Shown in pieces: positions 24,541 to 37,728 of a stretch of DNA of 64,000 bases (position 1 is the first letter of the stretch; each line of letters opens with the position of its first letter). Origin of the DNA: Mytilus californianus (Eukaryota); the NCBI RefSeq assembly GCF_021869535.1, contig NW_026262712.1, positions 23,498,001 through 23,562,000 on the forward strand. Reading direction: 5' to 3'. The position numbers and the translations under genes are program-made. The notes under the pieces are model-generated. The model was not told where the DNA came from. It did no database searches and saw only the letters and a list, made by a program, of their open reading frames with translations.

Positions 24541-27500
24541 ATGGGTGAGTTATGTTTTGAAGCATTTTTGAAAAATGTTTTCCATTTGTACATCTTAATA
24601 CATGTATACATAAAAAAGAAGTCGGACTTTTTTCTTATTAGTTTATGTAATTGAAAAGATTTTGTAGATTTACATCTATTACAATGTGTATTGGTATCTT
24701 TGATAAATTAACTTAAATAACTAGAAAAAAATACATATTTAGACAACTTTATCAATTCTAAAGAAGACTGCACCTGAAAATAATAAATAACAAAATCTAT
24801 GATTACCAAAAAAAATTAAAACAAATGGTTCGGTGAGAAAGAGTTATTGTGCTAAACAATGTCTTGATATTTGCAGCTGGTCACCCTTCATTTTTTTTAC
24901 CCGAAACTACTATGACCGGACAATTTGGACTTTGCAGTGTGAAATTAGTTTTTGAACAACATTTTATTAATTCAATTGTTTTAATGTATTTTAATGTTTT
25001 GCATTTATTTAATTTTTTTATTATTCTAGACTTTGTCGTAAATTTAGACATAAGTGTTTTACACGGATTATGTGTCATAATCTTGGACAAAGGACTTAAA
25101 TTCATTTGCTCTATTCATTTAATTATTTCAAGTATTCTCTGTGACAGTTTGGACAATAATTTACAAATACGTGTCGGACACTAATTACATTTAGTTTGGA
25201 GTTTGTTGTTCGGTCTTGCCGGACTGCTAAAATAAAACTTTAAGGAGCGAAATATTCCTTCTTGATTCCATATAGTCGGAACGCCATTTTACCCGGCTAT
25301 ACTACAATCCTTTATTGCATACTTATCATATAATGCATTAACATTCAACTCGTCTTTAGACTTGTTTTTAAAATTATGGCATAATGACTTAAACCAACTT
25401 ACAAAAACTTATCGATATACATTTTTTCACAAATGTGTAGTATATACATTTTGTATTATTCCATTATTTTTTTTTTAATTTGTTAGTAATATTTTGTCTG
25501 TAAGTTCAGGTATCAACTGTGTATTGGAAGAGTGGGCATAGTTCTATGTAAAAATGTCCATCGTTTGATTACGTTTTATCATCCGAGTCAATTCATATCG
25601 GAAGTTCAGTGGAAGCTACATGTATATTTCATTTACTAAAATGATTTTAAGAACAAGGAGAAAAGTTTTATTTTTTTATTTTTTTCAAAATTAATCAGAA
25701 ATTACATATAAATAATTTGGATAATAAAGTTCATATTGGCCTTTTTGGACAATCACAATTTATTCATAAGCGTTGTCATAGTTTTCCATGTCGATCGTAT
25801 TAAAATAGAACCTGTTTTAAATTTGTAAAACCATTTCACATGAAACATGTAATGAAGGAACAAAATAATATTTACAAAAAAGGGGCAAAAGATACCAAAG
25901 GTATATTTAAACTCATAAGTCGAAAACAAACTTACAACATAGACAATGCCATGGTAAACAACGACAAAAAACGATCAAAAGACAAACAACAGTATACAAA
26001 AAGAAACTAGATACTGAACAAAACGAAACCCACCAAAACCCGGGATGATCGCATGTGCTCCGAAAGGGTAAGCAGATCCTGCTTCACATGTGGCACCCAT
26101 TGTGTTGCTCATGTAAGTCCAAACGCGGTGGTATGTCTTACTCGCTAGAAACATGAGCTATAACACAATTGAATTAATTATGATTTATTTTTTGTTCAGT
26201 TTTGAATAGGTGTAAGTATATTGTAATTATATAATATTTCATAGAAAATTATCAGTATGTGTTTCCTCTTCAGAGAAGACTGTCTACCCAAAAGAAGCTC
26301 CCGTTGTGGAATTCTCAAAACAAGGACATGCTGATCAAGGTTTCTCCCAACCAGGCGCAGGATACACACAACCAAACAATAACACTCAGTCGACAAGTCA
26401 GGAAAACACGCGTATTCAATATCCGAATAATGTAGTTGTGAGTACATTTAGCATTGCGTTTGAAAATACAATTGACTGTTCATTGTTTTTTTTAAAAAGC
26501 CGAACACATCTACAGTGGTATTCGCCAACTGGAAAATAAGAACATTTTAAGTATCATTTTAATTTTACAAGTTATCATAAAAAATCACATTGAGTTTTCT
26601 ATGCTGTTAAATTATTATTTTGCATTTCTAAAATGCTTATTCCGATTACTGTACATCATTGCTACACAATAAATGCACATTTCTAACGGTAAATTCAAAT
26701 TAGATTTGATTTGAAGAAACAGATACATTAAGATCTTGTCTCACATTAAATTCACTTACACAACAAAAAGTTTGGTGACCAACTCATTTCCCATCCTAAA
26801 AGAATAACAATGTTTTTGTGGTATTTTGTTGCTGTCTTTTTGACGTATATTCAATATGTATTGTCATGCAACTCCTATGAGGTGGCCTAGTACTAGGATA
26901 CATTTCTGTCCCTTTCCAGCAGACCCTAATTTCCCAGTGGCATTCTAAATTTTCCGCCCTTCATCCTATTGTATTTTTTTTCTCTATTTCTGAATGTAAA
27001 GCAAACAATCAAAACTGTTTTCATGCATAAGCAGATAGAATGATTTGCCATTACCATCTGCATGGGTTTTTTTTATCTGATGTATTTTTTTAGTAGTAAA
27101 ATTGTATGAATTAATCTAAAAGCAGTAGTTAATCGTACGCTAACTTTTACAAATATATAAGTTAGCAAATACCCGCATAAACTCGCGTGTTAAATAGTCA
27201 GTATACCACGAGAAATAAAAAAAAAACGCGATTGATGTGATGTGTCTTTGCCTCAATTTCTCTCTTATCTTTCTTCGTCCAAATACAACATATTTATAGG
27301 GTGTGTAGATTTATTTTTCTATCGCTTTTTTACTCCACCCTTTGCTGCTGAGGTTCAAACTGTCATGTACTTACCAATAGTAGACTATAATCATTTTTTT
27401 TAAGCATTCAAATAAAAAACATTCTATACAAAAGAAGTGAATATTAGTATTTTACCCAGAAAGGCAAAAACGTTTTCACGGGATCGATCATTGTTAGATA

Positions 27501-30500
27501 ACATTCGATCGTGATACGGCACTGGTGGGTAGCTCTGTACAGGAAGCAAGTCAGTGGACAAGCAAGTGACAAAAACTTTTCAATGTTTGACACGTTCTCC
27601 GCGAGGACGCTATCGTTTATTCTTTCACAGGAAAAACGCTTTTTTTCAAAGTTGTAAAAATGGGGAAAACTTTACAATAAAGACAGAACTAATAAAAGAT
27701 GCTATCATCACTTTCTAAATATAGCAAGTGACGAAACAGAACTTTATAGTTCTGTGTTAATTTGGTTTCAGGTGTTAATATGGATATAATTATTCCTAAT
27801 TACCAACCTAAATTAAATTTTCTTCTGGGTTTATACGTCACTGATACATACCAAATATCCGTATTTACATGCAGCTAGTCCAGAGAGGTTAAAGACAATG
27901 ACACCAATAACAAAACACTTCTTAAAACGTTTGAATTTTTGACAAATTCTACCGGATGTTTATTCCAATAAAAACATTTAATACGTAATCATCGAGAAAA
28001 CCATACATTTGTGTACAAAAAATCGAGACGTCCTATTCTAAAGATTGTGAAAATTGTTGGATCGATTTAACACGGTACATATTTTGAGCATTTAATTACG
28101 ACGGGTGCCAAATGTTAAGCAGTTTCTGCAACAAAGGTTACTAAAGGTTTTTAGCGGGAATTGTGTTCCTCTTTAGTTTTCTATGTATTGTTTTGTAAAC
28201 TGGTGTTTGTCTTTTCGGCGTTTTTCGTTTTTTGACATAGTGTTGCCAGTTTGTCTTCCATTGACGAGTTTTAATGCCTCATTGGTATCTTTTGCCTCCA
28301 TTTTATAACCCTTTCCCCAAAGAAGAAGTTTGTTTTCATTAGAGATTTACATTCATACAATATTTATACACCAAATTTACTGATGGCGAAAAAAATCTTT
28401 CTAGAAGGGATATTCATTGAGACCAAGGTGTATTTGAGATCCTCATTGACTTCCATTAATGCTTTAGAATTTGAATTCGATGACGAATAACCCAGCGTGA
28501 TGTGGTTCTTTTGTACCGAAATTCACAGGACAAGGAGAACAAGAAAACAATGAGCAGGAAAGAAGCAAGAAATAAACATATTGAAGTAAATTACAGAAAT
28601 TTCTGTTACGATTATAGTTGTTCATGCTGGTAGACAATAATGCCCGAAATGCCCTGCATGATCAAGTTTCTGAACGTTTAATGCATATAGTTCCAAAAGA
28701 CAGTAAAACACCGATATGAATTGAATTTTAAGTTTAAGGATCGAATCTAGAATTTATAAAATGTGTAATGATAAGCACAGCTAACCTAAACGTTAGATAC
28801 TAGTAAGAATTATAGATGATCTGAATGATGGTATCTATGTGAGTATATGTTTACAGGTTTTGTTCGGGGGATTGAATAGGAAAAAGCTGATACGATTCAG
28901 TGGTATTTCCTTGTCACTTCTCGACTGTTTTTGGTTAGTTTTACGTCCTTTAATTATATAAAAAAGCAGATTTTTATTTATTGCTGCAGTTGCATGAATT
29001 TCTGGATAATAGTAAGGGAGCTACCATTTGATTTTTAGGGGGGCTAGGATGAAATTTTAAAAAAAAAGGCAGGACAGGAGTTTTGAGTAAAAAAAAAAAA
29101 CAGGCTGGATGACAATTTATGTAAAAAAAGTCAAGATAAACTATTAAAAAAAAGGCAGGACCGAATAGAGAAAAAAATAAAAAGGCAGGACAGAGATTAC
29201 AACTAAAAAAAAATGCAGGACAAAATTTTTCATCCTAGCCCCCCATAAAGATCAAATGGTAGCTCCCTAAATAATAATTTGTGTGACTTGCAAGTGACAT
29301 ATTGTTGTAACCGTAGACTGCCTTTCTATTATATGAGACTGTTATCTGAAATAATAAGTACACATCGAGGGCAGAACTTTCAATGTAGTTTCGTTATCTT
29401 TTAATTTCAACATATATGAATATTTGATCGGTGTTTTCAGTTGATTTCTTCATTATTTATTTTGAATGTTAAAATGCATGATACTGAAAATTTTTTTTTC
29501 ATATAAAAACTAAATATGCTAAACCACAACGATGTCGGTAAAACCAAATACAAGCAACAGCGGTTCACTGTTATGAAAAAAGACCAGTCTGTAGTTCTGA
29601 AATATGTAATCAAACTGAAGAAATGCAATACTTGGGATAAAATTGTACCGCAACACTGCACTAAACAGTCAAACCAATATTGTTGCTCGTGATACTGCTG
29701 TTAATAGTATTGCTTGTTATACATCGAGTTTCTTATTATACATTGAGTTTATCGGTGAATAGAATAAAAAGCAAACTAAAAGATGAATTTTTACAGTAAT
29801 TTGCATTTAACGACTTTGTGGTAACAATTAGCCCTTCTAGCAATTCAGATGTCTGATTTGGGCGTGACAGTCAATTTTCATTGGCGGAGGAAGCCGAACG
29901 CACCTGCCACTTGCGTAGGTTCGTACTAAAAACATCAGTGTTGATAAGCTAGTGATACAGTACTAGTAGTTGAATTACTTTGACCACTCGACCACCGAGG
30001 CCATTCAAACGGTGAAGAATATAGGAGCTAATAGGCTATCATATTAGTATAATAACTTTACTGAATATTACAAAAAAGCAGATGACTGAAAAATAGAATT
30101 TAAACACCAAGAAATGAAATTAACTTATTTACATTCAAAAGGACAAGAAACAAACTATTTAATGACGCATATGATGTGATCAATTACAGTAAAACTTGTT
30201 AACGTGTATTTTTGTAAAAGCTAATTTGCTTCAACAAAATTTATATCGACTGAGTAATTTTGTCACAATCTTTACATCATTATCAAATGCACATATTCGT
30301 ACAATATAGTTAAATTTATCTTCACACGGTTTCTTTAGTGATTGTAATTGCTTCATCATTTTTACTTAGACTTGCAACTTGGAAAGTTTTTGATAAAGGT
30401 GAATCTTTAAAAGCGCCATCAACGCAGCAACGTTAACAACCGAATTTTAAAAACGAAATTATTTAGATTATATTATAAACTATTTTGTCTGTCAAACAGG

Positions 30501-33007
30501 TGCCAAATGGACAACAGCAACCTGATTTTAATCAACCAAAAGATTGGATGATACCCGCTATACTGGCAGCCTTCTTCTGTTCACTACCAATGGGGTTGCT
30601 TGGAATTATAAGCGCCAAGGAAGTAAGCCTTTTTGCTTTTCGTGTTTATCATGTTCTAGTTATAAACGAACATTTAGACCCGTTCACACTAGCATTTATT
30701 TTAACCAATATAAATTTAAATCGATCTAAATAAAACCAGTTAGCGTTCACATTATCTGAAATCCTAACGATCTATATCAGTCTAATCTGAACCACTGCGT
30801 TAGATAGATATATACTTTATTCTTTAAAAACTAAATACATGGACAAGCTTACAGAGAAAGTTCAATAACGATATAGATACAAATACAATAGTTCACGCTA
30901 CAAGAAAACAAGCAATCGATCTGACCTTATTACCCGTGAAACTGAAAACAATGTGTATAAATAGAAATATAAAATCAAAGTATTGTGTTGATACACACGC
31001 TTGGAAAAAAAATAATGGATGGAGTTATTGTTTCACTTGAATTACAAGTTCAAATGTTGATACTGCTGTTCGTATTCGTTATTTTCAGCCCTTTTATATA
31101 TGTTGTCATCCATTTTGTAATGAATTGCACGTGTAATTTTACCGTCATACATGTGCACAATTTATTTTCGATTCAATCGTACTAGTTTAGATCGATCTTT
31201 ACATTTAAAGTTAGATCGGTTCACTTGAGATCGATTCAATCTAAACAACCTCTTTTGGTGTTTTAGTTTAGACCGATTCAAGATTGATTCAAGATTGATT
31301 CAAAGCGTTCACGTTGGACTTTTAAAATCGATCTAAAGTGAACCGATCTAGTTTAAATCGATCTAAAAGAGAGGTGAAAGATACCTAAGGGACATTCAAA
31401 CTCATATATCTAAATGTCCAAGTGTGAACGGGGTCTTACTTAACGTAGAATCAACCGAATTTTACATGTGCGTATATTTGATTTTTTACATGTTTGGGCG
31501 CGCTTATGTGAAGGAGTGTTAAACAAACAAATTCTGATGAAAAATTCTGATAAGTTCAATTCCAATTTCTACCAAATTAGGGTGAAATGATATATTGGTG
31601 TTTTCATTTGAGATTTTGATCGATAACCTCAACCGCTATCACATTACTCTAATTACATTAAACGAAAAAAAATTATGCCAGACTACATTTTCATATAATG
31701 AAGACATAATCTTTCAATCAGTTTAATTGAGGTCTGGAGCTGGCATGTCAGTAACTGCTAGTAGTCCTTTGTTCATTTATGTATCATTGTCATTTTGCTT
31801 AGTTTCTTTTGTTACCTATTTTGACATCGGACTCGAACTTCTTTTAAACTGAGTTTTACTGTGCGTATTGCTATGCGTTTCTTTATTCTACATTGGCTAG
31901 AGGTATAGGGGGAGGGTTGAGATCTCACAAAACATGTTTAACCCCGCCGCATTTTTGCGCCTTTCCCAAGTCAGGAGCATCTGGCCTTTGGTAGTCTTGT
32001 ATGTTTTTTAATTTTAGTTCATTTATATGTTTTGGAGTTTAGTATGACGTCCATTTTCACTAAACTATAATAGCTAGTACACAATTTTATTTAGGGGCCA
32101 GCTGAGGAACACCTCCGGGTGCGGGATTTTCTCGCTGCGTTGAAGACCCATTAGTGGCCTTCGGCTGTTGTCTGCTCTTTGGTCGGGTTGTTGTCTCTTT
32201 GACATATTCTCCATTTCCATTCTCAATTTTAACAACCAACGACAACCACGCGCTTGGGACAGTCACATCTAGATTGGTGTGGGGTTAAACGAGTTTGTGA
32301 GCGCCCATCCGCCATAAACTGGGACAGTGTACCATCATACAGTGACATTCAATTGAAAAGGGACAAAAGAACAACACAACACAAGGACAACCAGTAACAT
32401 TCGGATGAAAAGGACAATTAAACAGCACAAGGACAAACAGTAAAAATCAGTTGCAAAGAGACAATTTGAAAGCACAACACAAGGACAAATAGTAAAAATC
32501 GGTTGACAAGGAATATGTAACTGCACAACACAAGGATTAACAGTAAAAATCAGTTGAAAGGGACTATGTAAATGCACAACACAAGGATAAAAAACAAAAA
32601 TCATGTGAAGGACAATTCAATAGCATAACCCAAGAATTAACAATACAAATCAGTTGGAAAAGGGACATTGTAACAGCACGACACAAGGATAAATAGTAAA
32701 AATTCAGTTGGAAAAGGGACATTGTAACAGCACAACACAAAAACAAAAATTCAAAACCAGTTGAATAAAGGTTTGACAAGTCAGATCGATACTAAACACT
32801 AAATCACTATGAAATTGAGAAAGGAAATAAAGTTCCGATCTAAGAGTACCCGCATTTACTGCATAAATATTAAAACATCCGACGAATAAGCGTCAAGACG
32901 ACATCATACAAATTCTACAAATACGTAGATACCGATTTAGAAGATGGTGAAGGATGTTACTATAAGTATATTTATAAAATTTATATGTATTAATTCTTTT
33001 TTAACAG

Positions 33008-33038
<31 letters not shown>

Positions 33039-36000
33039 AAAACAAAAAGAAAAAAATGGGATACCATTTTCCATAAAATATAATTGTGCAAAAACAGCAT
33101 GCAGAAATTTTTTAATTACTTTGTGGCCTTTTTTTAGCAGAACGCCTAGGAAAAAGCCTCTAGTCAATTACATTATTTAGTGTCATATTTATGTGTTTAC
33201 TCGGATTTCTTTGATTTTGATTTAATTATGTTTTTCAACTCTTTTTGTACAAAAGAAAAGACTAAGATGAAATAATAATAATAATTGAGGACATTTGTTT
33301 CGAGTCAGTATATCAATATACTAGATGGTATGTCGCACAAGATGAATAGGTGTCAATCTGATGTTGTCAAGGACACAATAACACCGAATGAAATAGGTAT
33401 TCCTATGATCATCTTAAAAGATGACATAAATACAACCTTTATTTAGTCTTTCTTTGAAATAAGAAGATGTGGTATGAGTGCCAATGAGACAACTCTCCAT
33501 CCAAGTCACAATGTGTAAAAAGTAAACAATTATAGGTCAAAGTACGGTCTTCAACACGGAGCCTTGGCTCACACGGAACAGCAATCTATAAAGGGCCCAA
33601 AAATGACTAGTGTAAAACAATTCAAACAGGAAAACCAACGGTCTAATCTATATACAAAACGAGAAACGAGAAACACCTATGAACCACATCAACAAACGAC
33701 AACCACTGATCAACAGGCTCCTGCCTTAGGACAGGTGCATACAAAAACCTATATTCCTTTTTGTACTACAAAACTTCAGACAACTTTGTTTATATTCGAC
33801 ACTGTACTGTACAACTTTGTTTATATTCAGCACTATACTCTACAACTTTGTTTATATTCGGCACTGTACTGTAAAACTTTGTTTGTATTCGGCACTTTAC
33901 TGTACAATTTTCAAATATATTAGATTGCAATGACAACTTGCAACATTGTTTCATTTCGTAATGTTATGGTAAAGCAAAATGTAAAAATTTGTTGTATACT
34001 CACTACTTATAAAATTGAGAATGGAAATGGGGAATGTGTCGAAGAGACAACAACCCGACCATAGAACAGACAACAACAGAAGGTCACCAACAGGTCTTCA
34101 ATGCAGCGAGAAATTCCCGCACCCGGAGGCGTCCTTCAGCTGGCCCCTAAACAAATATATATACTAGTTCAGTGATAATGAACGCCATACTAAACTCCAA
34201 ATTGTACACAAGAAACTAAAATTAAAAATAATACAAGATTAACAAAGGCTAGAGGCTCCTGACTTGGGACAGGCGCAAAAATGCGGTGGGGTTAAACATG
34301 TTTATGAGATCTCAACCCTCCCCCTATACCTCTAGCCAATGTAGAAAAGTAAACGCATAACAATACGCACATTAAAATTCAGTTCAAGAGAAGTCCGAGT
34401 CTGATGTCAGAAGATGTAACCAAAGAAAATAAACAAAATGACAATAATACATAAATAACAACAGACTACTAGCAGTTAACTGACATGCCAGCCCCAGACT
34501 TCAATTAAACTGATTGAAAGATTATGTCTTCATCATATGAATATCAGGCACAATCCTTCCCGTTAGGGGTTTAGTATCATACCATCATAACATATATGAG
34601 AAGAACATAACCCGTGTCATGCCAACAACTGGTTTTTAAATAAATGTGTTTAGTGCCGATGCAAAGACCCTATAAGTTTCACAGTAACTTGATCACCAAA
34701 TGGTACACGTAATGGTAGGGATCTATATTTTACTACTTCTAATATTGTGTACGGTATTGAAGGTACTCTTTGATGACTGATATGTGTCGATGAAACACGA
34801 CAAACACTAAAACGAAAGAATGAATGATCACCACGGATGTAACAACAAAATTGATAGGTGTATGTATTTTGTCTACTTCCAGGTGTAGTGATCCTCTGTT
34901 CGACGCAATGAGAGTCACGTTCATCGAAAATATACACTACCTTCAGTTCATACCGTATCTATGAACAGTTTGTTACTTTTTGTTTATAAACTTTTGGAAA
35001 CTGTATCTTTGATGATGTTTTTCTAAACCATTATCAAAGCTAAATTTTCTATTCCAAAAGGACCAGAACACTTTCGGTATAGATTGGTTGCAATTGTTAT
35101 GGACATTGCTAACCACAAAGTAATCGTTCTGTTACAACTCTTCCGAAAGATGAGGAAAAACGTTGTGCTTTACGTAGAATTCGCTAATCAGGTTGAAGGT
35201 GCTGTCAATTAATATGAAAATAAGAAGATGTGGTATGATTGCCAATGAGACAAATCTCCACAAGAGACCAAATGACACAGCAGAAATTAACAACTATAGG
35301 TCACCGTACGGCCTTCAACAATACCGCATAGTCAGCAATAAGGCAACATTAGTGTACGATGATAAAATATCGGAAATCAATTAAAAAGGGACAAACTAAG
35401 GTAACAAACAAAAACTAAGGGAACTGCATATATTACAAAGGAGAGAAACCGGGTGCGTCGACAGGGTAAGCGTTTCCTGCTATACTTGCATCACCCGCCT
35501 TGTGAAATCATACTCAGCCAAAAGGTGACAATCTGGAATTGAACACAATCAGTCGAACAATAGATCAGACGACTATTCTTGTATCTAAAGATCTAAGACC
35601 GCAAAACATGTCGCGTGTTGAGACACGGACACATTGTACCAGTCAAACCAATTAGTGACGGTAAAACTTTTACTTTATAGTATAGTGTTGATTTCAGTCG
35701 TTCTTCCTCATAACTCTGTTGGAACAATTTGGTGTAAGGAGCACGACCTTGCTTATGAAGACCGTATAGTGTAATACACGAACGTAACGTATCAATAGAG
35801 ATATGTACACTTTATCGATCTGTGTCAATATAGCGGAAAAGATCAAGATATCCTTTATCAATATTAGCAATATTAGCAATATAAGCAAATATTGTCAATC
35901 AAAAATATGCGCACAAATCAATACCTGATAACTTCAAAGATATAGTTGCACCTGTCATTTCATATTTCTACACCAAAGATATTGCATCCACTGTTTTAAA

Positions 36001-37728
36001 CCGCAAGAGGATATGAGAGATTTTTACCATCCAGGATGTAAAATACAAACCTCCTGATTGCGTGCTCATGTTCATCGTCCCCATACAGGTATAGTCCTTT
36101 GGTCATTTTATTACTGGAGACCTTGGTATTGCCAACAAGGGACAACAAAGAGAGTTGTTAGCTAAATCGAATTCCCCAGCCCATCAACCGTAATAAGAGT
36201 TTCAAGCTTTCAAGCATGCAGTTGAAGATTATGCCAGAAAATGGGTAAATCGCAAGCCAAATGAATCTACGACCTGCAATGAGCACACGAGTTTAAAACC
36301 CTTTCCAGAAGCCCGAGGTTCTGGATGCTTTATGTTTTATCCATGACAAATATGTTGTTGTCGGAATTCACAGAAAAGTTTGGAATCACACATTTACCAC
36401 TACACCATTCACGAAAGAGGGGATTTTAGAAAATCACTAACTCGTTCTTTTCTCCTTTGGTATTAACATAAAAAAGGACGACACAATCTCCCGTTTTTAC
36501 ACTGGATACCTAAACTTCACAAAAATTCTTATAATCAACGATAAATATCCCATATATATGATCATATATTGACATATGTCTGAAGTTTTAACCATCATTA
36601 TTTCTAGAGTAAAGGGTTGCTTTCAGAAATATTGTGATGATGCATATTCAACCGGTGGTGTCAATCGGATCAGCATTCTTTAAAGTTCTAAAGATCTACT
36701 GCAAAATATCCAATCGCATACATCGTTTCATTAAACTGAGCTTTTAAATTTTCTACAAAGAGAGACGAAGGATACCAAAGGGACACTCAAACGCTTAAGT
36801 CAAAAATAAACTGACAACGCCATGGCTAAAAAAGAAAAGACAAACAGACAAACAACAGTACACAAAACACAAAACACAGCAGACAAAGACAGAGCAACAC
36901 GAATCCCACCAAAAAACTGGGGGTTATCTCAGGTGCTCCGGAAGCATGATAAACAGATCCTGCTCCACATGCTCCACATGCGGCACCCGTCGTGTGGCTT
37001 ATGTTAGTACAAACCCGGTGATAAGTCTAATTCGGTAGGTCACATTCGGGGAAAAGGGGACGGGATTGTAGATACGACAATTGGAACATAAACGTTGTCA
37101 TCTGTGAAACGGATATTCCATAACGGTCAACCAACTCGTGATGTCGTCCGTAAAATTTACGAAGAGAATTGTAGATACAAATTTCTTATTTTTTGGTCAT
37201 GAGAACAGCACTGATTCCAAAATTAAATCCACGGAATATCATTTCAACAAATTGGTGGACTTTAAGATCGACTTTGGAGGATTGGTATTTCAACAGACAG
37301 TCGTTATTCCAATGGATACTAATATTGCACTCCTACTGAAAGACTTGTTTTCGTATTTGTATTAAGCAGAATTAATTCAAAACCTTATCAAGTTTGACCT
37401 TTATCCTCGTGAATACACTGTTATTTACGACGTATGATTCGTAACCGAATGTTTATGGTATTAGTATATTTTGGGCATGATATGATATTTTCAAACAGAT
37501 ATGATTTGAATAAACAATTTTAACATTAAATGTTACATTCATTTATTGAAATTCCTATATATTTTTTTATTCTAGTCAAGACTGGCAAAACAACATGGAG
37601 ATATGGAGCTTGCATATATAAAGGCGAAACGTGCTCAAAACATGGTTTTGTGGGCGGTAATTGTTGGGATTATAGAATGTCTTTTAATTGGAGGTTTAGT
37701 TGTTAGATTGTATGTGCTGCAGTTCTGA
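24541..37728 (+). CDS. CD225/dispanin (IFITM/PRRT-like) protein, paralog 1, 147 aa. Exons 24541-24544, 26274-26437, 30500-30622, 37576-37728
   Basis: ATGG|gtgagt; cttcag|AG AAG...GTT|gtgagt; aacag|GTG...PKDWMIPAILAAFFCSLPMGLLGIISAKE|gtaagc; ttctag|SRLAKQHGDMELAYIKAKRAQNMVLWAVIVGIIECLLIGGLVVRLYVLQF*. CD225 pattern P-x-D-W...FC-x-LP-x-G...S...GD...A. The 4-nt first exon is the least certain. Confidence 0.85.
25880..26150 (+). repeat. Dispersed repeat family copy; another at 36760-37165 and partial at 42215-42415
   Basis: gataccaaag...caaacaacagta...gatcctgctYcacatg...ggcaccc shared between the copies. Confidence 0.7.
29016..29267. mobile_element. 252-bp PIF/Harbinger (Tourist-like) MITE, TAA TSD
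   Basis: TAA|gggagctaccatttgattttta(g)ggggggctaggatgaaa ... tttcatcctagccccccataaagatcaaatggtagctccc|TAA. Confidence 0.85.
29860..30002 (-). mobile_element. Degenerate tRNA-derived SINE
   Basis: Minus strand begins ggcctcggtggtcgagtggtcaaag (A-box-like). Confidence 0.45.
30677..31435. mobile_element. PIF/Harbinger-type MITE, TTA TSD, internal atcgatct repeats
   Basis: TTA|gacccgttcacact ... agtgtgaacggggtc|TTA. Confidence 0.75.
31690..32229 (-). repeat. Dispersed repeat copy, inverted relative to the copy at 34010-34680
   Basis: ccatttccattctcaatttt / aaaattgagaatggaaatgg; cattggctagaggtataggggg / ccccctatacctctagccaatg; atgaagacataatctttcaatcag / ctgattgaaagattatgtcttcat. Confidence 0.85.
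32375..32765. repeat. Degenerate 51-52-bp tandem repeat, about 7 copies
   Basis: cacaagga recurs at 32426, 32478, 32529 and 32580, each followed by ...agtaaaaatcRgttg. Confidence 0.8.
33463..33745 (+). repeat. Abundant dispersed repeat; near-identical copy at 58805-58985, inverted fragments at 43120-43230 and 2825-2885
   Basis: aagaagatRtggtatgagtgccaatgagacaactctccatccaagtcacaatgtgtaaaaagtaaacaattataggtcaaagtacgg. Confidence 0.85.
33780..33910. repeat. 31-bp tandem repeat x4
   Basis: Unit acaactttgtttatattcggcactgtactgt. Confidence 0.85.
35695..35815 (-). mobile_element. PLE RT C-terminal (thumb) fragment
   Basis: KVYISLLIRYVRV resembles the PLE motif GVYISQLIRYARAC. Confidence 0.55.
35900..37420 (+). 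mobile_element. Degenerate PLE RT relic, interrupted by a dispersed repeat (36760-37165)
   Basis: SPYRYSPL/FGHFITGDLG (about 36075-36130), WIPKLHKNSY (about 36500), FQKYCDDAYSTGGVN, then FGGLVFQQTVVIPMDTNIALLLKDLFSY (ORF 37138..37365). Confidence 0.8.

Noticed and set aside
30985-31185. Hydrophobic ORF as last exon of paralog 1
   Set aside because: It lies inside a Harbinger-type MITE. The true last exon at 37576-37728 is clearly homologous to that of paralog 2.
34739-34924. Minus-strand ORF superficially like a CD225 last exon
   Set aside because: Wrong strand, lacks the GD motif, and has no matching upstream exons.
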